A stretch of 64,000 nucleotides of DNA. Origin: Gekko japonicus. Taxonomy: Eukaryota. The notes under the pieces were generated by a model, which saw only the letters and a program-made list of their open reading frames with translations, ran no database searches and was not told where the DNA came from. How positions within the stretch are numbered: position 1 is the stretch's first letter; the number at the start of each line of letters is the position of its first letter. Position numbers and translations under genes: made by a program. The stretch lies in NCBI RefSeq assembly GCF_001447785.1, contig NW_015161404.1:1294931-1358930 (forward strand), written 5' to 3'. This document shows positions 13,202 through 25,858 of the stretch, piece after piece.

Positions 13202-13395
13202 TAGGATTATCAACCCCAAAGCAGACCTCCTGGAGATACAACTGATCTCCAGACTACAAAGATTAGTTCCCCGGAGACTATGACAGCTTCTGAGGGCAGG
13301 TTCTCTGGCATCACATCCTTGCTGAAATTCTCTCCCTTCCCCAAACTCTGCCCCCAAGTCTCCAGGAGTTCCCCAACCCAGAGCTGGCAATCCTA
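13202..13395. mobile_element. Diverged hAT-type MITE, same subfamily as 5823-6037
   Basis: acaactgatctccagactacaaagattagttcccc core; TGGCAATCCTA end; TSD not recognisable. Confidence 0.75.
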
Positions 13396-13906
13396 CCCCT
13401 AACATTTGACTTGAGCTCGTTTACACTAGTTCTTGGCAGCCATCTATCAGAACAGTTCTCCTGGGTCAATTTTTTTAAAAAGCATCTCACCTAATGACTG
13501 GATTCATCAAAAGACATATGCAAGCATAACACACCTCTGGTGATCTAGGGGCCTCCATGCAAGGGACGGTTCAGTCATTCTTCTTCTTGACATTTTTTTT
13601 TCTTTAAAGGAAAAACAGCTGTGGGAACTTAAAATCAGTAGTGGAAAAACAGCATGGGTAGTGGAATGCTTAACCATTAGCTTTCTGCTGTATGTCTGTT
13701 CAAAATGCCCCCCCCCATTTCTTTTCTCCCTGTCAGAATCCTGTAAATTTCTCCGACCACCCAATAGGCGGAAGGCATCTTAGTGCAAGTAAATTTGAAA
13801 TAAAAGGAACAGAACTGGTTATGCAAGTCTCTGCCCAATCCAGTGCTCCTTAGCATAAACACTCTGCTGCTCACTTAAAATATACCTGGGAAGAAAATCA
13901 TGGAAC

Positions 13907-14026
13907 CAGGGCTTTTTTTCTGGGGGAACATGGCAGAACGGAGTTCTGGAACCTTTTCGACAAAATTCTTGAGAGTTTGCCTCTTGAGAGTTCCAGCACC
14001 TCTTAAAAAAAATTTTAAAAGCCCTG
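13907..14026. mobile_element. Short hAT-type MITE (CAGGGCTTTT TIR)
   Basis: TIRs CAGGGCTTTT / AAAAGCCCTG; degenerate TSD catggaac/cacaaaac. Confidence 0.7.
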
Positions 14027-14712
14027 CACAAAACCATCCATAATTTAGAAAACTTAGACCTGGAACTGGTAGGGGTCAGCAATTCATATAGCTATGATAC
14101 CATAACTCAAGGAGAAGACCAAAAAGAGTCCTTATTGTATTTCAATAACTGTAGTTTCTTTCATTGTTGACGTTTAAAGTTTGTCTGGTTAGGGAGACTG
14201 TAGTCTGTTGCTGAGTATACTAGAGCTGTCAATACTAAAAGTAAAAGGGCAGAACAGGAAAGAAAGATGGTGGAGAAAGAAGAGCAGAGGCTGTAAGAAG
14301 AACAGAAGAATAATACCTTGTGTTAAGAATCCTGCCTTGTGTTGTTTCTTTGGCTGCACCAAGCTACGTGGGGGATCCTATATTTGCTACACAAAGCATT
14401 ACTCCCTAGACACAATATTCCTTCAAATTTTTTGCACGTACCTGACATTTAGAGCACTGTATTTTTAAAAAGCTATCCACTTAAAAAAATTCCCCATCTA
14501 CCTGTGCCATCCCCACTGATCAAGTGGCTACAGAAACATCTGCCTGGTGCTATGCACTCTGAATGTTAAATCAGGAGAAGGAATTCCCAAATATCTAAAC
14601 TTACATTTAGATTCTGCTCTGAAGTATCTACACTTCCAGAACATTTTTTTAAAGCCTAAGCTTAAAACCTCATCTTAGCCTCTCTCAACTTTTTTTATCT
14701 GGTATATTTTCT

Positions 14713-14984
14713 ATGGTTGCCAGTCAATGGTTGCCAGTGGGAGACAGGGAGTGGGGGGGGTAGAGGTGGAGGGAACTGGTGATGCATTCAGCATGACGTC
14801 ACTTTCAGGAAAAACCAGAATAAAACCATATTCGGATGACTCCTAGTGCTATGTGACATCACTTACAGGTTTTTCCTCAAAGTGATGTTATTTTTTTCTC
14901 TCCCACTGCTGCTCTAAGAGGCATTTGGAAGAAAGGAATGCTGGCATGAGGTCTCCTGCCATAGTGGGGGATCCTGCAACCCTA
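14713..14984. mobile_element. Diverged TAGGGTTGCCA-family MITE
   Basis: tatggttgccag start (locally duplicated), gacgtcact/gacatcact core, ctgcaacccta end. Confidence 0.65.
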
Positions 14985-15887
14985 ACATTTTCCCTTTCTT
15001 CCTCTGCTTTTTCCTGACTACCAGGATTTGTGAAGACAGTTTGGCGTAATGACAATATCTCTATTGTCAGCAAACTTGTGTTGAATTCTTCCTCCTGTCC
15101 CTCTAATAGTTATTGTCTAAATGTATGAAATGACAGCCTTTCATTCTGCATTCCCCTTCCCTTGAAATGCATTGTTTTGGTAACTAGCTCCATGTTCTTG
15201 TAGCACCTCAGGTCCTGCAAGGCCCGCTTAGTAAACTGTCCAAGAAGCAGACTTCCTAAATCAAGGCTCTTTATAATATCACATGCCGATTGGCTAATTA
15301 GCTAACGGCCCTTTGCATGCTGAATAGCTAATTAGCTTCCAAAATTGAGTAATGTTGCAAAATATTTTGCTTTAACCTGACAAGTTTACTGCTTCGATAA
15401 TTCAGATCGTTATCTAATTACTTACATGCCATAAGAGTGCTTTTCAATTTTTTACTTGGAGACATACATATGGAAAATATTACATTAGAACTGGTCAGTT
15501 TGGGGATTTTTGAAAAAAAAGATTTGAGAGGGACAACTTTCCCTGTGTCTTGGTTTAAAAGAGCTGCTACTCTGGAAATACTTAACCAAACTAAGACATT
15601 AAAAAAATCAGAAAGTTCACAGCATATAATTTCCCTTGTACTACCCCAACAGTGCAATTCAAAGCACAGTTGCACCGTTCTAAGTCAATTTAAGTCGATG
15701 CACTCTATTTAGGATTTCACTGTATATGAGATAGAGTTTATACATTTGAAAAATGATAGACAAGGAATATGTATTTTTCTAAGTTGACTTTTCTATTGGA
15801 CAATATTGTGAAGGCCAAATATGTATCTTGGTTTATCTTGATAGATATGGTGGATGTTCATTTTGATAAATTCTAGAATACCATAGA

Positions 15888-15889
15888 AT

Positions 15890-15925
<36 letters not shown>

Positions 15926-16030
15926 TACATTTGTATCCCGCCCTCCCTAGTGGGCTCAGGGCAGCTCACAGAGGCAGGTCGTTAGCCTTGCCGTAAATGA
16001 GAACATATAAAAACATAATAAATAAGAACA
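15888..16030 (-). mobile_element. L2-type LINE 3' tail with (TTTA)n
   Basis: (ttta)n followed by tatcccgccctccc...ggctcagggcagctcaca, the same tail as the L2 copies at 16750 and 62890. Confidence 0.7.
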
Positions 16031-16242
16031 TATAAAAACATAATAAATACATCAATACTAAAAGCACAGTACTCTATCCAATTACTAGTATCCTAGATCC
16101 AAGATGGTATCACCACAGTTCCAGATGGTACTCCCGTAGCGTACATATCCAGTGGCGACGGCTTATAAGGGCTTATAAGGGAACTGTCTAATATTGTGCA
16201 CTGAGACAATTTTCTTAAGACACTTTAAAAATCTTTTATTAG

Positions 16243-16478
16243 GCCCTGACCTGGATAGCCCAGGCAAGCCCGATCTCATCAGATCTCAGAAGCTAAGCAG
16301 GGCTGACTCTGGCAAGTACTTGGAAGGGTGATCTCCAAGGAATACCAGGGCCAAGATGCAGAGAGGCAAGTTATATCAAGCCACTGCTCTGAAAGGTCCT
16401 AGCCCCACTAGGGGTCGCCAGAAGTCACCATGACTTCCAGGCTCGCAAGGAAGCCCACACACACACAAACACACACAA
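16243..16478 (+). mobile_element. 5S rRNA-derived SINE (SINE3-type)
   Basis: 16268-16350 (gcccgatctcatcagatctcagaagctaagcaggg...agtacttggaagggtga...ggaataccaggg) aligns to vertebrate 5S rRNA including the internal control region; followed by a non-5S body and a (CA)n tail. Confidence 0.85.
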
Positions 16479-16713
16479 TACCACAAATATATATATATTA
16501 TTTGTACAAATGTATACAAGATGAGAATCTCTTATTGAATAGCATATATACAATGAATATAATATATAACCAACAAGTCGCAGTGAGATAATCAAACTAT
16601 AAGTAACTATAAATAACCAGTCTGTGGTAACACCTTTTCTTTCAGTCTTGAAATCAGTAGCGTAAAGCCTACTATTTTCTTTCCAAGTTCCATAGAACTC
16701 GTGGCAGGGAGCT

Positions 16714-16772
16714 TTCATTCATTCATTCATTCATTCATTCATTCATTCATTTATTTATTTATTTATTTATTT
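16714..16772. repeat. Compound microsatellite (TCAT)n(TTTA)n
   Basis: Direct reading; forms the tail of the adjacent L2. Confidence 0.95.
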
Positions 16773-17258
16773 AATCGTACTTATATCCCGCCCTCCCAGC
16801 CATAGCTGGCTCAGGACGGCTTACATAAAATAATACATTAAACAAAACAGTTAAAACACTTAAAACAATGAAACAACCCATGTAACAATATAAAGTGCTA
16901 GTGATTCATATCGCTGCTAATGATGGCACTCGATTTCCATATAGCGATGTTATAAGGCTCCAGGGAACATGGCTCTTTGTCCTTCAGTTGTTGGGGGCGG
17001 CTCCGTGATTGAAAGCCTGATTGAAATAGCTCCATTTTACAGGCCCTATAGAACTGCATATGGTCCCGCAGGGCCCAGATCTCTTCTGGGAGCTCATTCC
17101 ACCAGAATGGAGCCACCACTGAGAAAGCTCTGGCCCTGGTCACAGTCAGTTTAGCCTCCTTGAGGCCCTGGAGGGCGAGTTGATTTTGGGACCCAGATCT
17201 CAGTGCTCTCTGGGGAACATGTGGGGAAAGGCAGTCCCTCAGGTATGTAGGCCCCTGA
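16750..17258 (-). mobile_element. 5'-truncated L2-clade LINE (ORF2 C-terminus plus 3' UTR)
   Basis: Peptide GPTYLRDCLSP..RALRS..RAFSVVAPFWWNELP..FYRACKMELF is typical of the L2 ORF2 C-terminus; tail with (TAAA)n. Confidence 0.85.
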
Positions 17259-17334
17259 CAAACTAGAGGCCACAATGTTGTGAGCATGGCTGGTTCCACA
17301 CCAGTCTATTGTGGCACAATTGCCATCATTTGTA

Positions 17335-17686
17335 AAGGTAAAGGTAAAGGTTCCCTTGCTTGAAAGCCAGTCGAATCCGACTCTAGGGTTGCGGTGCTCA
17401 TCTCCGTTTCAAAGCCGAAGAGCCAGCGCTGTCTGAAGATGTTTCCGTGGTCATGTGGCCGGCATGACTAAACACCAAGGCGCACGGAACGCTGTTACCT
17501 TCCCACCGAAGTGGTACCTATTTATCTACTTGCAATTTCTTGCTTTCGAACTGCTAGGTTGGCAGGAGCTGGAACTAGAGACAGGAGCTCACCCTGTCTT
17601 GCGGCACCCAGGTCTTGAACCGCTGAACTACTGACCTTCCACAGCCTGCAGTTCAGCGTCTTAACCACTTGAGCCACCGCAGCTCC
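17335..17686 (-). mobile_element. Sauria SINE
   Basis: tRNA-like head, Sauria core (gcaagtagataaataggtaccac), (ACCTTT)n tail; 14-bp TSD TGCCATCATTTGTA; matches 49323-49661. Confidence 0.92.
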
Positions 17687-19077
17687 TGCCATCATTTGTA
17701 CATGCAACTATAATAATGGTGCTAGGTAAAACTGGCAACAATCTACTCTTCTCCCACTCTCAATTTTTCCAGAATTTGTGTTTTTTTCTCCCTATTGCAG
17801 AGGAACAAAGACACAATTTCAGTGGTTAGGATGGTCTTTGTACTACTATTCTGCTATGTCCTCATGATGAGGTGTACAGTTTGAGAATAAGTTGCTCAAC
17901 AGCATGCCAATAAATAACTCTACCCTTGTTGATCCTTCCTATCCACTGCAACTTCCTGCCAAGTTAATCTTGACCAGTACAGCAATACCAGTTGCCCTTT
18001 AAAAAAATTAGCAGTATATGGCAATATGGGGCCAAGAAATAATAGTTTAAATTAGTTCACTTAAAAAAAAAGTCATGAAAACCTGCTTCTGCAGGTGCTG
18101 TTGAAGAGTGGGAGAGGTCAGAGTCATGGGAAACATGGGCAGGATGTGGATTGTTTTCATGGCACAATGTGTGCACCTACATGTGGATATCCCATTGCTA
18201 TTATGCTTGAAGCTAATATAAGCACCAACTGGTTTGTGTAGGATTCTCGCAGTGTGGAACCCACCCATATTTAAAATGCTAGGCTAGCATCTGGCCTTCC
18301 TCACCTCTGATCTCCATCAGTTGTGTTGGGTGCAGCCCACATGGTTGCATTCATTAGTTACTAGAACATAGTTTGGAAGCATCCACAGGGAGAATATAAA
18401 ATGGGATTAGATGCATTTGGTAAATAAGATAACATGAACTTGCAGCTAATTGAAGTTGGAGCATGTTGAAGATGGTAGTGCAGTTACTGCACAGAGGTTA
18501 ATTTCCTCTATATGTGTACCACCGGCAAAAATGAGATGAAACAGAACGATAATGCCAGAAAAAACTTGACATTCCAACAATATGTTTTCTCCACATTCAT
18601 TGCTGACCTCACCAAATCTATTATGACACTGTAGTTCCATCAAAACATGTGATCCACTGCCATCACTGATAAGTAACAATAAAGACCAGATTCACATATT
18701 AAACAACAGTATAGATGTCACTGAATTCTATCAGTGCCTCACAGAAAACTGTGATTATTAAACTGATCCCCTGTTTTTGCTGTGGTTTTTAACTATAGCT
18801 GTGCAACCCTGCCTTCAGAAAGAGAGAGAGAGAGCGCTAGTGTGGTTGAAATTGCCACAGCCATATGGGAATATTTTTATGTAAATGTCATCCCACATGG
18901 AACAATGCCCACACAGTTCTCTTTCCCCCAGATGACCACGCTGCTGTTGTAATGGCCAATTTGGGTCTAAATGAATATACATTAAGCTTCTTTTAAAAGT
19001 TCATGATCATGACGAGGCCTTTTGCTAATTTCACATGCACTGCAGTACAGGTGATCCATAAGCATATGCTCTATTTT

Positions 19078-19476
19078 GGTCCCTGCCACACAGCAGGAAA
19101 AATACCGTCAAAAGTGCAGCTTTTAAAAGCCGCACCAAAAAAGAGACGCCGCAGCGGGATCCCACGATCCCCTGAGCCGCGGCGCCGTTGCTCCCCGGCA
19201 CGATCAGATGCCGGGGAGGAAGAGACGATCGGGAGGGGGAGCTGGGGATGCGCCGGCGAAAGGACGCGCCGGCGATCCCACGGCCAGCTTTGATGCGGCC
19301 GTCTGGGATGAACCACCACGGTAGGTGGTTCATTTTTGCAGCAGGGTTTTGGGTGGAAGGGGCGGATCGGGGATGCAAGCACAACGCTTCCCAGATGTTG
19401 CGGTGGGATCACGCCCGTTTGCTGCGCCCCCGATCCGTCCCTCTACCGGCCCAAAACCTCTCGTGTGACCGGGGCC
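19078..19476. mobile_element. PIF/Harbinger-like MITE
   Basis: TIRs GGTCCCTGCCACAC / GTGTGACCGGGGCC; 3-bp TSD TTT; CpG-rich. Confidence 0.75.
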
Positions 19477-20831
19477 TTTGTATAACATCAGGTCGATCAT
19501 AAAACACTCCAATCTGAGCATTCAAGACAAGTGAATTTGACTGCAAATCATGGTTCTGCAGAGGTTTGTATTTTCTGTTCTTAATTACATCTGTGCAAAT
19601 CTTCATTTGTTTATGGATACCTAATATATTGTATGGGCTATTTGCATTCCCAGATGCCATATTTCCATGGTGAGTAATGCAGCGCCAGAGAAAATGACTC
19701 CAGTATTCATACAAATAAACTAAATCAACAAGTGGGAGAGTTTGTTCTGAGTGTGAGCTGTCTGATTGATTCCCCTTCAGCTGTGAAAGTTTATATTTGA
19801 GCAAAATGGTGTCCCATGTTTCCCCGTTCTCCAGTCAATGAATATGGAGTGAAGGTGGAGAAATGTGGCATGTTGTGACATCACAACACAAGGAAAGCTT
19901 CACTGGATGTTATGGACTGGGAGGAAAGAGATATGGTTGCTATTTTTAGTAGCAGACTCATTTCTTGGACTATCTAGTGTGGTCCTAAACCTCTTGTTAT
20001 CCCTCATCTCCTTTCTAGAGTATTATCGGTTTTACTGGTTACATCTTTTGAAGGACACTGTGCTCTGTCACAGCAAGGAAAATGCTTTCTTTGTATAATA
20101 AAGGGAGAGAGTCTGTAGCTGGATTGGCATGTTGTTTTTTTACTGCTTGAGTGGCAGATTTATAAGTCTTCCCTGTGCTGGTATTTATTGCTGAGAAGTG
20201 AGAGGCAACTGAATCATAAATATCCTAGTGATTTTGAATAGAAAGCAAAAAAGGGAGGGGGAGGTTTGAGGTCAATATGACAGCTTGTGTTTGCAGAGAG
20301 CAACAGAAGGTGTTTAAAAAGACAAATCTTGTCTTCAGTTGACTACACCAGAAACCTACTCCTTGAAAGATATTCATCATTATTTGTGATAAGGAGGAGG
20401 CAAGAGAGGAAGAGCAGTCCATTTCTTCCAAACAGGAAACAGAATGCCTTAAGTACTCCTGAAAACATCCAAAGAAATTCCCAGACTTTCTTGGACTGAT
20501 CATTCTCCTCTCAAACTGGTTTTACTGTGAGGCTTTGTCTGCATGAGTGCTGCAGATCAGAGGAAGAGAGAAGCCAGTCCACTTACTAGCTACTTATTGC
20601 ACAGCAACAGTTGAGGGCCTGGGTCAGAGAAGCACAGTCAATGAAGCTGCAACATGTGCAAGCTGCAAAGGCCAGTGGTGTTCTCAGTCCATACCTGCGC
20701 AAACCACTAGAGGCCTATGCACAGGTTCACCAACACCCCTCCCCATCCTCTGCAATCACTCATCAGTGGCACAGTGATCAGCCTGTCTTCTCATCTAGGT
20801 CTCTGATAGTGGCAGCCTGGCCAAGCATTCT

Positions 20832-21210
20832 TTTGAACTAATTTGAACTATGGTGCTGGAGAAGACTCTTGAGAGTCCCTTAGACTGCAAGAAGATCAAA
20901 TCAGTCAATCCTAAAAGTAATCAACCCTGACTGTTCCCTGGAAGGCCAGATAATGAAACTGAAGCTCAAATACTTTGGCCACCAAATGAGAAGGGAGCAC
21001 TCACTGGAGAAGACCCTGATGCTGGGAAAGATTGAAGGTCAAAGAAGACGGGGACGGCAAAGGATGAGATGGTTAGCCAGTGTCATAGATGCAACGAACA
21101 TGAAGTTGGGCAAACTTCAGAGGACGGCGGAAAACAGGAGGGCCTGGCGAGATCTTGTCCATGGGGGCGCGAAGAGTTGGACTCGACTGTGCGACTGAAC
21201 AACAACAAGA
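20832..21210 (+). mobile_element. BovB (RTE clade) LINE 3' fragment
   Basis: Peptide KLKLKYFGH.MRR..SLEKTLMLGKIEG.RRRGRQRMRW is diagnostic of BovB/RTE; (CAA)n tail; 10-bp TSD CAAGCATTCT. Confidence 0.95.
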
Positions 21211-21333
21211 CAAGCATTCTGGGACACAACTGCTTGTGTGTGTGTGCATGTGTGTTAAGTGCTGTCAAGTGCCTTCTCACTTATGGTGACCCTATGAATT
21301 AATGTACAACTGCTTGGAGTGGTAGGATATTTG

Positions 21334-21688
21334 CCCTTTTTGTAGAAAAAGCCCAGCAGGAACTCATTAGCATATTGGGCCACACCCCTGACAGCACAAC
21401 TCATTAGCACATTAGGCCACACCCACATGTTACCAGAAGTGTGATTATCCAGCCCCACCCACCTTTTGCTTGTTATTCTGTTTACCTTGTTTGTTGTCAA
21501 AACCCAGTGCCTTTTTTGTAGCAGGAAGTCCTTTGCATGTTAGGCCACACATCCCTAATGTAGCCAATCCTAATGAGTTTCTGCTGTTGGGTGTGGCCTA
21601 TTATGCTAATGAGTTCCTGCTGGGCATGGCCAACTTGGGAGCCAGCCGGAACTCCGTTCCTGTGCGTTCCTGCCCAAAAATAGCCCTG
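21334..21688 (-). mobile_element. hAT-type MITE (CAGGGCT family), left TIR damaged
   Basis: Very similar to 54169-54530; TSD GATATTTG/GATATTTC. Confidence 0.9.
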
Positions 21689-22935
21689 GATATTTCTAAT
21701 ATTCATCCAACATCTGCCTTCTTGCTACCAATGGCAAATTAGGTATATTGTTGTCCCATCTTGTCTAGACATCCTTGGGGGGGGAATGAACTCTCAAAAA
21801 GAATCATACTTTTTCTCATTAAACAAAGCATCTATTAATAGAAACATATATTTTAAAATTAATACCTTTCCATGGCATTTGTATGGTTGGAGACATCATT
21901 GAAACTTCTTCTGACATCTGAGGATATTCCTTGACCACCAAACAGGCTCTTGAAAACGGGGAATCCTCAGATTGCAAGAATTATTTTTTTTTTAAAAAAA
22001 GTCCCAGTAATATAAAACATTCATATCCCCAGTGTTTACATCTTGATTACACAGAAGTTCATAGATGTGCAGCAGTTGGTGTTTCTACACAGCAGCCTTC
22101 TAAAATAGCAGAAGTTATGATCTGAAATTGTACAGATGTTAAAGCCATTCTAAGATTGGGGGGAGTAGCATTAGACAGATAAGGAGCTGTCATGGTCCTT
22201 TTAAAAACAATTTGAACCAGGGAGAAAATCTGGAGTGAGAGGTTGTTATTCTGTCCACCATAGCATTGTTCTTAAAGATCCAATCTTGTATGTAAGACCA
22301 GGCAAGGAGACACCCTGAGAATCATCCAAGAGGGCATATTGTTGAAGAATATTGTTACAGACAGTTACACAAGTGGCATCCAAGTGGATCAGCACAATGC
22401 TAGACTTTAAAAGTGGACTGATAGAAAGATCCCTTTGATTTCTCCAGAATCTGAATAGGGCAACATGAGTGCTTGTTCTAACGGAGGATAATCCTAGTTC
22501 AGCCTGCACTAAAGTCACTGGAGCTCCACAAGGAAAGCTAAAATTTTCTTTAAAAAGAGATTCTGAATAGGTTCCAGGGCCATAATTGAATACTTATTCC
22601 AGCCCCAGATCTCTATACCATATGGGAGCTGAAAAATGGCTTTATTCTGGAACAATTTCAAAGCCAGCTCAATCAAAAATCCACCTTATGAGCTGTAAAA
22701 TTTCAAGATAGCATCTGTGGTTCTCAAAAACTAAAGATCTTGTAATTAGTAAAGTGGGCTTTCCATGAAAGAGCTTCATTCAAGGTCACCCCAAGATAGA
22801 ATTGCCATCTACTGACTGCTTAAGTCTTTGAGGTCTCTTCCCTTGGTCTTTGCAAAATTAATATTTAAAGGCTTGCCTTACAGAAATTACCCAGTTTATA
22901 CAACATCCTTCTTAAGCCTATATGGCTGGGTTTTT

Positions 22936-22982
22936 TATATATATATATATATTCTTTTGTTGTTGTTGTTGTTGTTGTTGTT
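22936..22982. repeat. Microsatellite (TA)n + (TTG)n
   Basis: Direct reading. Confidence 0.9.
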
Positions 22983-23534
22983 AATGGCCCTGTTGTGTGT
23001 CCTAATTGTAATGGTTTTTGCCCTTATACAATAAACACCATGCTTTCTAATAGAAATAAGTCCCAATAAACTGAGCTGAGTAAGGGGCTCTCCGCATGTT
23101 AACAGGAAACATAATTACATGTATACTAATAAATGAAGGAAATGTATCCATAGTAAAAGGATGCCGCGTGATTGTCAATTCTTGTCCCTGTCATAACTGC
23201 ATTGGCTAAACTTGTACAGCAGTGATCCCTAAAGAGGCACCTGTTTGCTGTTTATGACGCCGGTTGCAAAATCAGTAAATACAATAAATAAATAAATAAA
23301 ATAAAGAGTCACCAGTGGAATGCATAATGCCCTGTTCCCCAGAGTATTTCTTCCCTTAAGCAAAGGGCCAATCCTGGCTTTCTTCTGCCTTGCTGGAACA
23401 GGAGATGGTTCAGATGATTCCAGGGGCCATTTGGGTCCGCAGGGAGCACTCTTTCAGAAACAGTTGTCTCCATCATAGAAGGATGCTTAGCAATATCTCC
23501 TAATATTTTGTGATTGCCCCTATGACAGCCATTT

Positions 23535-23755
23535 TGTATAGCATGTTGCATACCATTGCATTCTTCCAGGATGGGTAAGTGCACTTCCCAGATTCAATCT
23601 TTACTCCATTATGAGTCTTCTAGGTGACCCTGGGCCACTGACACACACTCAGCCTGAAGTTCCTCATAAAGGTTGTTGAGAGGATAAGTTATAGGAGGGA
23701 AGAACTATCAATGCTGCCCTAAGCTCGCAAGAGGCAGAGTAGGGTAAAGATAAAA
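23535..23755 (+). mobile_element. Old CORE/MIR-like or Squam3-like SINE remnant
   Basis: ggtgaccctgggcc...ctcagcct...ggttgttgagaggataa CORE-like motifs. Confidence 0.45.
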
Positions 23756-25458
23756 TGGATGGGTAAAAATGGGTTTGCTCACATTCCGGAGAAATGTAAT
23801 CTGACTAGACATCCTAGCATAGCAGTCCCATTAGAAATAATGTCACTCCACTGGCGTTTCCAAGAACAATTACAACACAAACCTAAAATATATTTACTGG
23901 AAATCTACCAATTATATAATTGTGAGAATTTTCATCCCAGTTTTCATCCCATTTTCTGTTTTCTTGACAAGAATTGTTGCTGTTCAGTTTATGCAGTTTT
24001 GTAGTATCTTTATTGATCGCTTATGAATTTCATTAAAATGGCATTAAGATTCCATTAAAGAAATAAACCAGGAAAACTAACAAAAGCAAAACAAAAAAGC
24101 TCCCCAATGACAACAGACAAAAACAAAGAGAAATGAAACAGGGTTTTTTTGTACACCCTCAGTATTTACATGGAAATAAAGTGTGCTGAAGGCAAGTTTA
24201 CAGAAAGGGAACAGACCCCATTAAAATAGAAAATATACTATATTTGGGGACAGGGACAACTGTGTGTTTAACTGTCGCTGAAGCTGAACACTCACAATCT
24301 ATACCTGTTGCTTAACTACACAAAGAAATCTGTGCCCTTTAGCTGGGTACTAGCTTGCTTCTTAGCTCCAGAACATCTGCATTCTTCCATCAAAGTGCCC
24401 TTTAACCTTCCCAAAATTTACTGCACAGCAATAATAAATGAAATCTTTTCTCTTTGTACTTGGTTAGACAGTCCCAAAAAATATACAAAGGCTGTAAGTT
24501 ATTGATCTCCTATGGCAACTGGTACTTCTGCATATCCAAAGCCATTTAGATTTACAGTCACCATATTTTGTTCATGATTTGTGTAATGCGCACTCACTAC
24601 ATCTACTATAATAATTCTGAAGATGATCATATGTCAGCAATTGTGCAACTGCCATGTAAAAAAAACTTAGTGTCCCCCGCATCAATCCCTCACCAGTCAA
24701 TCAGGATGTTCATACTCCCACTAGTATAAAACAAAACAAAAAAGTGTCAGCCATGCTGAGATTGGTTGGTGGAGAAGTAATTTGTTTCCTTCACAGCAGA
24801 GTATTCCATGTACATAGTTCCAACAGGAAAGATTTCTATTCACTGTTGTTTATTAGTTTTCAGTACTGCAGAATATAGACTAGAAACTCACTGGGGTATT
24901 ATCAGTTATTGGTAGTATATAGGGAATGAGCTTCCATATGTGTAAGAACTCTGAGAGTGATAGAAGTTTGACAGGTATAGCCTCTGGTGCCATAGTGCTT
25001 CGGAGTATTTTTTTTTTTTCCTGACCAATAGTGCTCCATTCCAATCTTATGAAGGGACAATTTCTCTGACCTTTTAGCAATATAGCATTGTAATGATAAG
25101 GCAAATATCCTCCATAAAGTACACTATTGTGTATTTATGTACATTAAAAAATAAAAGTATATGAATTAAAACCAGACTTCCGTTTTCTCACTGTATGAGA
25201 AATCTCTCCATTATCTCAACAAGTAAATTGACAAGTAATGTATCTTTCAGAGACTACAACCCTTTTTGAAAAAAAATTGATGACTTTTGATAAAGAATTC
25301 AGATTTAAAGGGTTACACCGAAGCATAAGGTTATGGTAAAGAAGATGCTGAATTCATGAAGACAGTTTTGAAAATGAGGAGGAACCCTCCCGTTTGTTGT
25401 ACATGAAAAATTTGAAAACATGGTCAATGCAGAATGCTGGTGGCATTTCTGCTCTTTA

Positions 25459-25858
25459 AGAACATAAGAGAAGCCAATGTTGGATCAGGCCAATGGCCCA
25501 TCTAGTCCAACACTCTGTCACACAGTGGCCAAAAATACCAGGTGCCATCAGGAAGTCCAGCAGTGGGGCCAGGACACTAGAAGCCCTCCCACTGTTGCCC
25601 CCCAAGCACCAAGAATACAGAACATCACTTGCCCCAGACTGAGAATTCCTATCTATACCTTGTGGCTAATAGCCACTGATGGACCTCTGCTCCATATGCT
25701 TATCTAATTCCCTCTTGAAGCTGTCCATGCTTGTAGCCTCCTCCTCCTCCTGTGGCAGTGAATTCCATGTGTTAATCACTCTTTGGGTGAAGAAGTACTT
25801 CCTTTTATCTGTTCTAACCCGACTGCTCAGCAATTTCATGGAGTGCCCACGAGTTCTT
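25459..25858 (-). mobile_element. CR1 LINE 3' end
   Basis: Minus-strand translation RTRGHSMKL...RTDKRKYFFTQRVINTWNSLPQE...SFKRELDKHM is the CR1 ORF2 C-terminus; CR1 3' UTR ends in cttatgttctt. Confidence 0.92.

Noticed and set aside
16268-16350. 5S rRNA gene
   Set aside because: 5' end missing, many substitutions, fused to a SINE body
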